64,000 nt of DNA from an uncultured virus (IMG/VR IMGVR_UViG_3300030616_000579) (Duplodnaviria; Heunggongvirae; Uroviricota; Caudoviricetes), in IMG/VR virus record IMGVR_UViG_3300030616_000579. The stretch is one strand, 5' to 3'. A program made the position numbers and the translations under genes. Below are positions 37,936 to 47,368 of this stretch, one piece after another. A model generated the notes under the pieces. That model did no database searches. It had not been told where the DNA came from and saw only the letters and a list, made by a program, of their open reading frames with translations. The number at the start of each line of letters is the position of its first letter. Within the stretch, counting starts at the first letter, position 1.

Positions 37936-38938
37936 AGTTTATTTCTTCGTCACTTTTCTCCTCTTTCTTTTCTGGTTGTTCAGTTTCCGTTGTTTCTTCT
38001 GTTTTTGTTTCCGTTTCCTCTTCACTAGGCAACGACAAATCAACTTCTTCCTTTCCACCAGAAACAGGTTTTACATTAAGTTCCCGTGGCATTGCAAGGT
38101 CTGTTGCTATCTGGAATTGATGAGTCCATCGAATGTTTTCCTTTTTGTCTGTTTCTCCTGTTCCACCTAACTTGATAATCGAACCCTGTTCAAACAATAC
38201 ATCTCTTGGGTCAAGAAATATTGTATAATAACTACCTGCAATTGATTCATCCATCAACACATACTTCCCGTACTCATCACCATCTGATGTTTCTCCAACT
38301 GTTGCATCAACAACTGTTGCAGTAACAATTCTAATGTCTGTGTTTGTCTCTTTTGTATTCAAATCCATTTCTCCGATGCCAATCTCCAAATCCATATCTT
38401 TCAATGTTGATTCATAGAATTCCTCTATAGATGGCATCTCATGGTCAACTGCTGTAAACCCTGCACGGTCAGATGTAATAGATTTTCCCCAACTGTTTTC
38501 CTTAACAATCAGTGATGTTTTATACACTTTACCAACAGATAATTTACTAATGTTTTTCGCACCTGTTCTCCAAAAAGTTCCAGCTGCATATTCAACCTCT
38601 CCAAGTTGTTTTTTGTCGTTTTCATCTTCAGTAATCACTTGTATCAAACCAGCAATGTCACCAACATTAGTAGCTTCACCCTTCACTTGAATTTCTCGTG
38701 CTCGGCTATGACATGTCGGTCTGAAATACAAATCAACAGTTTTTCCTGTCACTGCATTCTCTCGATACAATATCGCCCACGCATATCGTATTTTAAAATC
38801 TGGTTTTTGCATTGACTGTATATTCTCGTCTGTATCAATGATTTCTTTTAGTCTGTTCAACAGAGATTTAACTGGTACATCAGATGCCTCACTTAATTTT
38901 TTTATTCCATCCTGAATATCAGGTGGTATGCTTGCCAT
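37925..38938 (-). CDS. Putative single-stranded DNA-binding (OB-fold) protein
   Basis: Beta-rich, acidic C-terminal tail, located between helicase and RecA-like ATPase. Confidence 0.55.
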   Translation of the reverse strand: MASIPPDIQDGIKKLSEASDVPVKSLLNRLKEIIDTDENIQSMQKPDFKIRYAWAILYRENAVTGKTVDLYFRPTCHSRAREIQVKGEATNVGDIAGLIQVITEDENDKKQLGEVEYAAGTFWRTGAKNISKLSVGKVYKTSLIVKENSWGKSITSDRAGFTAVDHEMPSIEEFYESTLKDMDLEIGIGEMDLNTKETNTDIRIVTATVVDATVGETSDGDEYGKYVLMDESIAGSYYTIFLDPRDVLFEQGSIIKLGGTGETDKKENIRWTHQFQIATDLAMPRELNVKPVSGGKEEVDLSLPSEEETETKTEETTETEQPEKKEEKSDEEINFEI

Positions 38939-38951
38939 ATTTTTTCCTCCA

Positions 38952-40301
38952 TTATTTTACATCTTTTATTTTTTTCAAATATGCTACGTCACCAAAGTAC
39001 TTCCTTTGAAAGAACTTATCTTTTTCATACCTTGCGACTTTTTTGAATTCTAACTCTGGTAGTTTCTCCAATTTACGCAAATTATTATCTGCAGTTTCTA
39101 AACTACAATTATCCCACAATTGTTGCAAGTTCGTAACCATTGTTGGTCTTCGTACCCATACTTTTTCCTTTACGTGTTTACCTAATTTAATTTGTTTATC
39201 GTACTCCTTAATCGATGTTCTAATTATCCGATGTCGTCTACTGCGTTCAATTGGACTAATAATAAGTAATGACTCTATACTAATGATGAGGTTTCGCCAA
39301 ATATCCATATATGTTAATCGTGCATACAACACATCTTCGATTTCAACAGTAGTACGCAATGATAACAATGAATGATGGATTGATAATTTCATCAAATTTT
39401 CATATAATCTACTAACAAAATGTTCCAACTTCTCTCGTGCTTTTGGTGATGCATCCAGAATTTTCATAGCAAATTCATCAATTATTTGTAACATTAATTT
39501 ATCAATTTTTTCAGGAACAGTTACACAGATGTTTCCTTTCTGAAATTTCTTGACAATTACTTCTAATCGTTGAACCAATTTCTTATACTCAGCTTGAAAC
39601 GATTCAGTTGTAGATTGATTGATGTTTTCACTCATCTTTTTAATTACTTCCAATCTATCTACAAGAGTAACATCTTCAAACACAGCTATCATTCTGTCAA
39701 TGAATCCAGTTTTGATAAGTTTATCAACGAGTTTATCTGGCGGATACGATGTCATAACCAATGATGCATGTGGTTTGTAATCGATATCACCAGACAATAA
39801 ATCTATTGTTATTCGACATGAAGTATCTTCCAATGGATTCATCGTTATCTGAAAGTACGTCATATTCATTTTACTAAACTCATCTGTTAAATCAAACAAC
39901 GGTGATGCCTCTTCCATACCAACAATATCCGCAGTTTTTAGAATACCTGGTTTCTCTACAGGTTTTTTTGTACTTGGGTCTACAACATTTGACCCTGCAA
40001 GAGCAGCTCCAGTAGACTTCGTAACATGTCTAAACTCTAACCCCAAATCAGTAGCAACCCGTTCAATAAAACCATACCCTGCACCCTTGCCAGAACCTTG
40101 CGGTTTGATAAGTAGCAAATGCACTCGAATATCAATTTTTCTAGCACCAACACGGTAATAAACATTTTTCAATAGTTGACCAATAAGAACATGCAATGAT
40201 ATCTTACCATACATTTCATTTTTAAAACTATATGACCCAAAGACCTTTGAATAATCGTCAATCAGTTTACTACCAAAATCAGTTGCTCTTACTGTTACCA
40301 T
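38952..40301 (-). CDS. MCM-like AAA+ helicase lacking the N-terminal domain
   Basis: HLLLIKPQGSGKG, STGAALAG, PGIL, VGMEE, DRM, SRL; start at ATG 40301 inferred. Confidence 0.75.
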   Translation of the reverse strand: MVTVRATDFGSKLIDDYSKVFGSYSFKNEMYGKISLHVLIGQLLKNVYYRVGARKIDIRVHLLLIKPQGSGKGAGYGFIERVATDLGLEFRHVTKSTGAALAGSNVVDPSTKKPVEKPGILKTADIVGMEEASPLFDLTDEFSKMNMTYFQITMNPLEDTSCRITIDLLSGDIDYKPHASLVMTSYPPDKLVDKLIKTGFIDRMIAVFEDVTLVDRLEVIKKMSENINQSTTESFQAEYKKLVQRLEVIVKKFQKGNICVTVPEKIDKLMLQIIDEFAMKILDASPKAREKLEHFVSRLYENLMKLSIHHSLLSLRTTVEIEDVLYARLTYMDIWRNLIISIESLLIISPIERSRRHRIIRTSIKEYDKQIKLGKHVKEKVWVRRPTMVTNLQQLWDNCSLETADNNLRKLEKLPELEFKKVARYEKDKFFQRKYFGDVAYLKKIKDVK

Positions 40302-40512
40302 TATTTTCTTCCTTTTTTTCTTTCCTTGCGTGTTGAGTAAATTCATAAATTATTGTTTTTTTGCCACTGCGGTAATCAGTATAAATATCAAAAAAGGATT
40401 TCTTCACTGATGTATCAATGCCTAACTCATCAACAACCTCTTTCGGTATCGTCAACACAGCAGAACTGGAACCGACAGAGAATGCATTTGTTTTACCTCT
40501 AAATGTCCTCAC
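40279..40512 (-). CDS. AbrB/SpoVT-type DNA-binding protein
   Basis: GSSSAVLTIPKEVVDELGI. Confidence 0.75.
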   Translation of the reverse strand: MRTFRGKTNAFSVGSSSAVLTIPKEVVDELGIDTSVKKSFFDIYTDYRSGKKTIIYEFTQHARKEKKEENNGNSKSN

Positions 40513-40595
40513 TATTATACCACCTCATTGATGTCAAAAAGGTAAATAATGCAAATAATACAAGTATTTAAAAATCTTTTTATTTTTTTATCAGC

Positions 40596-40841
40596 TTATT
40601 CAAAAAAAGACAAATCAGTTTGACGAGTTAATGGTACATCAGACTTTATTCTAACACTATACATTTTACGTACTAACTCATCTCTGATTTCATGTAACTT
40701 TTCTGCAGGAAAAACCCACGTTTTTTCCTTACGAATATAGTATCCCTTGTGGTCTCTCATTATCTCCACAAGGTCTGGATTGTAAGAGAAATTAATTTTA
40801 ATTCTCTTACCTTCTTTCCTTATAATAATTGTCGGTTGCAT
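40596..40841 (-). CDS. Stand-alone HARP-like domain protein with PIP-like end
   Basis: INFSYNPDLVEIMR...KTWVFP; ends RQTDLSFFE. Confidence 0.6.
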   Translation of the reverse strand: MQPTIIIRKEGKRIKINFSYNPDLVEIMRDHKGYYIRKEKTWVFPAEKLHEIRDELVRKMYSVRIKSDVPLTRQTDLSFFE

Positions 40842-40842
40842 T

Positions 40843-41472
40843 TTATGTCGGATGATACTCAGGAAATCCGTCTTCATCGTATTTCATATATGCTTCTTTT
40901 TTATCAATAAGATAATGCAGTGTAGCAGATACCCTTGATAGTGGAATTTTTGTCTCCTCTGATATCGTTTTTGTTGTTGCTTTAAACATATATCGATGGA
41001 GTATCTTTTTCACACTCAAGTAATGGTCTTTCTTTATCCAAACACCATATGTCTTGTCAAACCCAACAGAGTCCTTTGGTTTTCTTCTAGTGTATCTGCG
41101 TTTTCTATTCGGTTTTTGTTGTTCTTCGTGATTCTCTATGTACTTCCTATAGACCGATGCAACTGCTCTAATTGAAGTCGGTTTGTTTCCTACATAATAC
41201 TTTTGTATAATGTCTTCTATTTCAGATGGAGAAACACAATCTTTTATTTCATTTAACACGTTATCATAAATAGTCGTATGATGTTTCCTATCAATAGCTT
41301 TCCCCTTATCAATTGGTAATTGCACTTGTTTTGGTTTTGTTTCAACCTCCTGTAGAGGTGTTTCGTCAACTACTTTGAATATCAAACCATCATATTCAAG
41401 TTCTGTTACCTTGCCAGCCTTCATACTATGCAGATATGCATCTACACGTACTTTTCCTTCAACTATATCCAT
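40843..41472 (-). CDS. Protein with C-terminal winged HTH
   Basis: TTKTISEETKIPLSRVSATLHYL. Confidence 0.65.
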   Translation of the reverse strand: MDIVEGKVRVDAYLHSMKAGKVTELEYDGLIFKVVDETPLQEVETKPKQVQLPIDKGKAIDRKHHTTIYDNVLNEIKDCVSPSEIEDIIQKYYVGNKPTSIRAVASVYRKYIENHEEQQKPNRKRRYTRRKPKDSVGFDKTYGVWIKKDHYLSVKKILHRYMFKATTKTISEETKIPLSRVSATLHYLIDKKEAYMKYDEDGFPEYHPT

Positions 41473-42014
41473 TTACTTTCCTCCTTTTCTACAACAAAGA
41501 AAATTGTCTTTGCGTATTTTTTTCGGATTACTTCTTTTACTAGTTTCGCCAATGTCTTATCTTCTGTCTTCACAGTTAACACTTTGTCTTCAAGTGTAAT
41601 AACCGTATTCAAAAGAGGAGACATCCTATCTTTTATACTTACTAAATCGATTTTGTTATCATTAATATATCTATAATATTCTCGGAGAGTATCACTAAAA
41701 GCACAACATTCTGTATATGTCGTATTATTATCATCCAAAATAGGTGTCTTCAAACTATCTGGTAGAAACCATCCTCTCATAAATTTATCTTTTCGTTTTT
41801 CAACTAATTGACGTATCATATACAACCGTTCATTTAATACATCCCATTCCATTTCTGCATTAACAGACTTGCGTTTTTTTATTTTCTTTCGTTTGAAAAA
41901 ATTGCAAGTATACATAACAGAGGATGGTTGTGTTCTAGAAAAATTCTCACATGGATATAATAAACAATCCTTACACGTCACTGGTTTTGCCTCAAAATAT
42001 CTAAAACTTAACAT
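41463..42014 (-). CDS. Hypothetical protein with N-terminal Cys cluster
   Basis: CKDCLLYPC...C. Confidence 0.55.
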   Translation of the reverse strand: MLSFRYFEAKPVTCKDCLLYPCENFSRTQPSSVMYTCNFFKRKKIKKRKSVNAEMEWDVLNERLYMIRQLVEKRKDKFMRGWFLPDSLKTPILDDNNTTYTECCAFSDTLREYYRYINDNKIDLVSIKDRMSPLLNTVITLEDKVLTVKTEDKTLAKLVKEVIRKKYAKTIFFVVEKEESKWI

Positions 42015-42331
42015 TTCATTTTCTCCCTTGTTTCTTCTATAAATTGTTTAATATATGGGTCATCTACTTCCTTATCTTTGAAATATTCATACAACGATAG
42101 TCGTTGAGAAACACAAAAATGGTCTTCTTCACAATTTGCACCTTTATGTGCTAACCATAAGATACGAATCATTATATCCTTTGGCATTGTGAATTCACTA
42201 TATCTATATACTCCTTTGATACATTTAACAATTGCACCTTTTGTTGATATGTCATGATTTTTTGTTATTTCGTTTTCATCATCTATTACTATCCGTACAT
42301 CATCACTTTTCAAATGAATAATTGGTTGCAT
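42008..42331 (-). CDS. Hypothetical protein (probably leaderless)
   Basis: ATG 24 nt below a TTTATATA box. Confidence 0.6.
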   Translation of the reverse strand: MQPIIHLKSDDVRIVIDDENEITKNHDISTKGAIVKCIKGVYRYSEFTMPKDIMIRILWLAHKGANCEEDHFCVSQRLSLYEYFKDKEVDDPYIKQFIEETREKMKC

Positions 42332-42354
42332 TGTTAACTATATTCAACACTTGA

Positions 42355-42385
42355 TATATAAATATAATCTAAAATTTAATACTTT
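42355..42385 (-). promoter_or_regulatory. Bipartite promoter AAAGTATTAAATTT-N9-TTTATATA
   Basis: Same motif and spacing as 47338-47368 and 48592-48622. Confidence 0.65.
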
Positions 42386-42459
42386 TTTACTTACCGTGTT
42401 TTTTATTAAAATTTAAGGTTTTTAGAGATTTCCCCTGTTCCTTTAATTTATGAGTTATA

Positions 42460-42533
42460 GGAGTTACGGTGTTATAGCAACGTAGCCAACCGTAACCCCA
42501 ACGTCTCCACGCCTTCTTGGAATATGGCTACCC
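42460..42533 (-). ncRNA. Candidate pseudoknotted RNA
   Basis: 11-bp stem GGGGUUACGGU/ACCGUAACUCC, whose loop UGGCUAC pairs with upstream GUAGCCA; small GGCGU/ACGUU hairpin; wobbles favour the minus strand. Confidence 0.45.
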
Positions 42534-43149
42534 TAAGATTTTAATTTATGTTTGTGGAATGAGTAATAGGCAATGCACAAGGATTTTTTCCATAATAACC
42601 TACCACTCATTTTTCCACCACTTTTAATTTAAGTTTAAATACTACCATTCCTTTTTTCACATCAACTGATACAAGATTTTCATCAAAATCAACTACAAAT
42701 GTTTCCTTATCATCATAAAATGAATTAAGAACATTATCATCATCTATTGATTTCATTTCCCTTACCTCCTAATTTATAATATCCAATTAAATAATATATA
42801 CATTCCAATTCCAAATGATATACTAAAACCCAATACAAATCCTAATATTTGCAATTGCAAATCAGTCATATACAATTCCATTTCCCTTATCACCACATTA
42901 CAGGTTTTTCCTACGATAATAACAGGTTATTGTTTTAATCCACATATTTCACAACGGAACATTATACCATCCCATGTGAAATTATGTTTACATTTAGTTT
43001 CCATTCTTATTCATCTCCATCTACAATTACAGGTTTATCTTTTCTTGCATCCAGAACAAAGCCAAAGTAAATGTCCATGACTTCGCACTCGTTCAACTGT
43101 CGTTCTCATACGACAAAACTCACATCTTCCAGATTTCTTTTTTCCCATT

Positions 43150-43338
43150 TTATTTTCCTCCATCTACTTTTACAGGGTTTATTTCGTTTACATGAATATC
43201 CATGACATACATTGCATTAGCAAATGTTAAATGTAACACTAATTTTTGGTAATGGTCTATGTGTTCTGCCTTATGCAATTTATCTATGTCTTCAAATATT
43301 CTTATTCTTAATTCATCAACTATATCGTTTTTTACCAT
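43150..43338 (-). CDS. Small hypothetical protein in the micro-ORF array
   Basis: ORF track; follows the motif copy at 43360. Confidence 0.5.
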   Translation of the reverse strand: MVKNDIVDELRIRIFEDIDKLHKAEHIDHYQKLVLHLTFANAMYVMDIHVNEINPVKVDGGK

Positions 43339-43719
43339 CCTTTCACAAACTCCTTCATCTTTAATTTATGACATCAACAAATCCCACCATAATGCTTTAA
43401 TAATCAAACCTACAACCACTATGAGAAATATTATCATTCCAACCAATACTATATCCATTTTAACCCTCCATTTTTAATTTAGTCCTCATGCTTAAATGAT
43501 ACATGACATTCACCATCTGGATAATAACTAATTGTATATTCGATAATCTTTCCACATTTAGGACATGTTGTTTTTTTATCTTCCCAGTAATCAACCATTC
43601 CCATTATTTCACCGATGATTTTAATTTATCTTTAATAATTATATAACATACATATGGAAACAAAAATACACCCACAACAATCGACATTAATTTTTCATCC
43701 ATTTCCATCACATTTTAAT

Positions 43720-43875
43720 TTACAATCTATAAAACACACCTTCTCTCAACTTATTTTTACATTTAATTATTAAATCATAAATATAAAACAAAGAAACCAT
43801 AATCATCATCATTGATAGACCAAACAAAAATGTATATCCAGCAATCATTAAAGCCAATTCAATCAACATTTCCAT
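43720..43875 (-). CDS. 51-aa single-TM microprotein
   Basis: MEMLIELALMIAGYTFLFGLSMMMIMVSLFYIYDLIIKCKNKLREGVFYRL; stop is the TAA of the repeat motif. Confidence 0.55.
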   Translation of the reverse strand: MEMLIELALMIAGYTFLFGLSMMMIMVSLFYIYDLIIKCKNKLREGVFYRL

Positions 43876-43899
43876 TACCTTTTAATTTAAGTTGTAGAG

Positions 43900-43966
43900 G
43901 ACAGGTGCATATAAAAGGAAGTGAAATTGACATGATTTGAATGGAAATCATATATATACACCTGTC
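43900..43966 (-). ncRNA. Candidate antisense sRNA hairpin
   Basis: 14-bp stem GACAGGUGUAUAUA/UAUAUGCACCUGUC enclosing UUUCCAUUCAAAUCA, complementary to the MoxR and VWA start regions. Confidence 0.5.
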
Positions 43967-43975
43967 TTTCTCCAC

Positions 43976-44281
43976 TTATGATGACCTAGGTAAATGAAAG
44001 ATATCATACATACCATATTCACTTACCGATGACCACCCTAATTTCTTTTTACCCGTTTCATCATAAATCTTTTTGATTCGTGGTTGTCTGTATTTTGTTT
44101 TCTTCTGTAAATGATATAGAGCTTGACCAACTTTATCATTTAGATTTTTTGTTTTTGGAAACTGTTTCTTTACTTCTGTCACAATCTGTTTTTTAGTGAT
44201 ATATTGCAAACCATTTAACTTACTTTGTTTGATAATCTCCAACACCAAGTCTTGCATACCTACTTGATACTTTTTTGTCAT
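43976..44281 (-). CDS. Basic winged-helix-like protein
   Basis: ITKKQIVTEV...VGQALYHL; GGAGG RBS. Confidence 0.55.
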   Translation of the reverse strand: MTKKYQVGMQDLVLEIIKQSKLNGLQYITKKQIVTEVKKQFPKTKNLNDKVGQALYHLQKKTKYRQPRIKKIYDETGKKKLGWSSVSEYGMYDIFHLPRSS

Positions 44282-44558
44282 GTTTTACCTCCTTTTTTTT
44301 ATATGATTTAATATGTAAGTAACTTGAATATAATATTATTGGTAGCATTAGACTATAAATAATGTATTCTATTAATCCTTCATTGAAATGATTAAAGTAC
44401 ACCGTGACAACACCATCATTCATCATTGCAACTGCAAGGAAGATATAAAAGTTGACGGTAATCATCAACATTATTATAACTCCTGATATCTTAATTATTC
44501 CTTTCATATTGAATACCCGCACCTTGGACATCTGTTTCCAATCACCAACATATAACAC
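44220..44558 (-). CDS. Two-TM membrane protein (start uncertain)
   Basis: Two hydrophobic helices. Confidence 0.5.
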   Translation of the reverse strand: MLYVGDWKQMSKVRVFNMKGIIKISGVIIMLMITVNFYIFLAVAMMNDGVVTVYFNHFNEGLIEYIIYSLMLPIILYSSYLHIKSYKKKEVKHDKKVSSRYARLGVGDYQTK

Positions 44559-45031
44559 TGAGGACAGTACCAGGAACCCTCAGACGGTTGATTATAGTGT
44601 TGTTGGGGGATTGATATTCGTGGTTGTCCTCGTTGCGTAGGCACCGTCTCTGTGCGTTTTGGAGGAATACGTCTTACTGTCTTTTTTTCAGTAATGGTTT
44701 CCTCTATTGGTTGTGGTTGTACTGGACGTGGTTGATATCGTGGTCGTGGTACTGGTTGCGGTTTCGGTTTTGATTGTTTTGGTTCACCTGGAAACTGCAA
44801 TTTTCCACCAGTTAACATCTTCCAACCAAAGAACAGAAATATCAATAACACTGCGACTGTTAAGAATTCACCAGATTGAAAGAATGCCATAAAGTTTGCA
44901 CCATATCTCACTACAGAAAAGAATGCATATACAAACGTGAATATGATTGCAACTGACATCAAGTTTTGCAATAACTTTAATTGTTTTGGTTTCATTTGTG
45001 CTATTCGTGTTTCTAAACCCATATTTTTCAC
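44504..45031 (-). CDS. Two-TM protein with Pro/Gln linker and C-terminal zinc ribbon
   Basis: WYCPQC...CPRCG. Confidence 0.65.
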   Translation of the reverse strand: MKNMGLETRIAQMKPKQLKLLQNLMSVAIIFTFVYAFFSVVRYGANFMAFFQSGEFLTVAVLLIFLFFGWKMLTGGKLQFPGEPKQSKPKPQPVPRPRYQPRPVQPQPIEETITEKKTVRRIPPKRTETVPTQRGQPRISIPQQHYNQPSEGSWYCPQCYMLVIGNRCPRCGYSI

Positions 45032-45034
45032 TCC

Positions 45035-45226
45035 TTAACTTGCAACTCCTCTTCCTTGAATTTCTTGAGTTGCTTTATCTTTGCTCATTTCATATAATTT
45101 CATAAGTGCAAGACTGTACAGTTGGTCATCAGTAACATCATCAGGAACGTTTTGAATGATAACCTTGCATTTACCCACTTTTACTGTTCTCGTTGGTATC
45201 TGCATCACCTCCGTGTTTCTTTTCAT
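45035..45226 (-). CDS. Small hypothetical protein
   Basis: Co-oriented, RBS. Confidence 0.5.
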   Translation of the reverse strand: MKRNTEVMQIPTRTVKVGKCKVIIQNVPDDVTDDQLYSLALMKLYEMSKDKATQEIQGRGVAS

Positions 45227-45356
45227 ACTCCCGTTCTATTTTTTTAATCTCACGTGCGAGTGCAGGTGATAATGGATATTCTTTCAGTAATTCCTCTGCA
45301 GTTTTAAGTTTTCTTTTTTTAGGTTCATCATCAACAACTTTCATATTTAACCCCAC
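45171..45356 (-). CDS. Small hypothetical protein
   Basis: Co-oriented, follows a TTTAAA box. Confidence 0.45.
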   Translation of the reverse strand: MGLNMKVVDDEPKKRKLKTAEELLKEYPLSPALAREIKKIEREYEKKHGGDADTNENSKSG

Positions 45357-45475
45357 CTATACGTGTATTGATACACAGTGTGATTTAATCCAATAAACCC
45401 TATACTAGTAAGTTTAAAGAATATAGGACGGAAAGGTTTGAATGTTACGATTTTCCATTTTAAGTTGTTCATCAT

Positions 45476-47302
45476 TTACCCACCTCGTTTTGACTTGAGG
45501 AGGATATTTTTGATAACTCCCTGCATTTGTACTGGAAGGTCTGCAACGTTATTACACACTATTTCTCTGTTTTCTGGGAACAAATTCCTATATGAATAAT
45601 CGATAACGATTCCAATGACACTGATTCCTTTTTTCTCCATCTCGTTCATTTTAACTTTGCAACTTTTCATTCTATCAGGTGCTCCATCAGTAATCACAAT
45701 AACCACTTTACGTTTTGACTCTTGGTTCATCAATGATTTCTCTGCACCAATGAGTGCAGGTAGAAGTGGTGTTCCTGCGACTGCAAGAGGTACAAACTTG
45801 TTTTTTGCATAAACAAGATGTTGGTTGAATGACTTAACACCATAAACATGTTTGTTATATGAGTATCCACGAACACCGAATTGAACTATTTCCGATAAGT
45901 ACTTACCAGTTTCCAATGCACGTGCAATAACATATGCAGCTTTCGTTGCTTGTTTGCATCGTCTTTGCATCGAACCAGATGCATCAAGAAGTATCGCAAC
46001 TGCAAGGTCTGTTTTTTCTTTTTGGATTTTTCTTTTGAAAATGCGTGGTTGTTCACCTGATTGCAGTAGAGATGTAAGTTTATGCATCTCAAGTTTACCA
46101 CGGGTTTGATTGTGGTTCCAGTTTTTACCAGATTGTGCAATAATCTTGAATGTATGTGCCATTCGGTTACCAATTGATTCAAGTGATGTCGTATTAATTG
46201 GGTTAACAAAGTTACCATATCCTCTGCGGTGACTTGGTGTTCCTTCACCAACATCATAAGTACTAAAATCACCCTCAACGTTTCCCGCAGAAATAACATC
46301 AGATTCATTTCGTAACTCTCTCATTACTTCGTTGCGGATGTTTTCCTCCATTGAATTAAAAACATCATCACTTGGTTCATCACCAGATTCATTTCCAGAA
46401 CCACTACCACCAGACTCACCTGCATCATCTGTTTGTTCATTACCACCCAATGAAGTACCACTGTCCTCTCCCATGTCACCAAAAGGTTCATTCGTTTCAA
46501 CTTCACCATCTGCATCGCTTTTATCATTGGTGTTTTGTTCACTTTCTTTTTTGTTAAGTTTATTCAACTCTTCAACTAACTGTTTACCTTCTTCGGTTTG
46601 TTTTGGGAGTTGTCGTGCAGTAGAACCACTTGAATGAACTGATGATTCACTTGACACTGAACCAACATTTGGAAGAGAATCAAACATTGGTTTGTTAAAC
46701 AATAATTTAAATTTATCTTCAATATCACCAGAAATCTCTGCGGATTCCTTCTCAGTTTTTGCTTCAACAGCTTCACGGGTTTTTTTCAAAAACCACTGAT
46801 AATCATCTCCCAGTTTCTCTTTTAGTAATTGATGAATATCTTCAGATAATGGTGGTATTCCTGTGGTGCGTTTTGATTCACGGAAAATAAGTTCCATTGT
46901 ATACTTTTCTATATCATCCTGTTCTTGTCTCTCAAATTTTCCAAGAAGTTTACGATTGCAATAAATAAAATACATTCGTGCTTTTGAGAATAATCGTGAG
47001 ACACCTTCCTCAACTCTTCCATCAGAAATAATGTTTGCAAGGTTGTGGTCAATACCTTCCCATTCTTTTGCAGAGGTAAACAAAATGTGACCTAACTCAT
47101 GCAAGGTAATTGATTTCTGCAGAATAAGATTTATGATTTCATCATTGTCAATATCTGGGTTAATCCAAATACGGTTTGCAGTATTACAACATCCCAACTC
47201 GGTAGAATCATTTAATTCCAATTTAATTCTGTAACGATTGGACAGAATTCTACTATACTTCTGCAATCGTTGTTGTCTCAATACCATTCTTGTGTGTTCC
47301 AT
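45476..47302 (-). CDS. VWA-domain protein (CobT/NorD-like) with N-terminal HExxH domain
   Basis: HELGH...DGRVE; acidic linker; LLDASGSM, GTP, VITDG MIDAS. Confidence 0.88.
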   Translation of the reverse strand: MEHTRMVLRQQRLQKYSRILSNRYRIKLELNDSTELGCCNTANRIWINPDIDNDEIINLILQKSITLHELGHILFTSAKEWEGIDHNLANIISDGRVEEGVSRLFSKARMYFIYCNRKLLGKFERQEQDDIEKYTMELIFRESKRTTGIPPLSEDIHQLLKEKLGDDYQWFLKKTREAVEAKTEKESAEISGDIEDKFKLLFNKPMFDSLPNVGSVSSESSVHSSGSTARQLPKQTEEGKQLVEELNKLNKKESEQNTNDKSDADGEVETNEPFGDMGEDSGTSLGGNEQTDDAGESGGSGSGNESGDEPSDDVFNSMEENIRNEVMRELRNESDVISAGNVEGDFSTYDVGEGTPSHRRGYGNFVNPINTTSLESIGNRMAHTFKIIAQSGKNWNHNQTRGKLEMHKLTSLLQSGEQPRIFKRKIQKEKTDLAVAILLDASGSMQRRCKQATKAAYVIARALETGKYLSEIVQFGVRGYSYNKHVYGVKSFNQHLVYAKNKFVPLAVAGTPLLPALIGAEKSLMNQESKRKVVIVITDGAPDRMKSCKVKMNEMEKKGISVIGIVIDYSYRNLFPENREIVCNNVADLPVQMQGVIKNILLKSKRGG

Positions 47303-47337
47303 TCAAATCACTTCACTATTAAATATGTATAGTTTCA

Positions 47338-47368
47338 TATATAAAGGTTGTGGTAAATTTAATATTTT
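47338..47368 (-). promoter_or_regulatory. Bipartite promoter AAAATATTAAATTT-N9-TTTATATA
   Basis: Identical blocks at 48592-48622. Confidence 0.7.

Larger units (their letters stand above)
42442..43889 (-). repeat. Array of micro-ORFs delimited by a repeated TAAATTAAA(A) motif
   Basis: Plus-strand tttaattta at 42442, 42540, 42623, 43360, 43473, 43620, 43714, 43881; variant at 42769; 25-62 aa ORFs between copies. Confidence 0.7.

Noticed and set aside
42460..42533. tRNA or known self-cleaving ribozyme; stop-codon readthrough signal
   Set aside because: No cloverleaf, T-loop or known catalytic core recognised; reading through the UAG adds only about 22 codons
42442..43889. CRISPR array interpretation of the repeated motif
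   Set aside because: Repeat is only 9-10 nt, spacing is irregular and the spacers are ORFs
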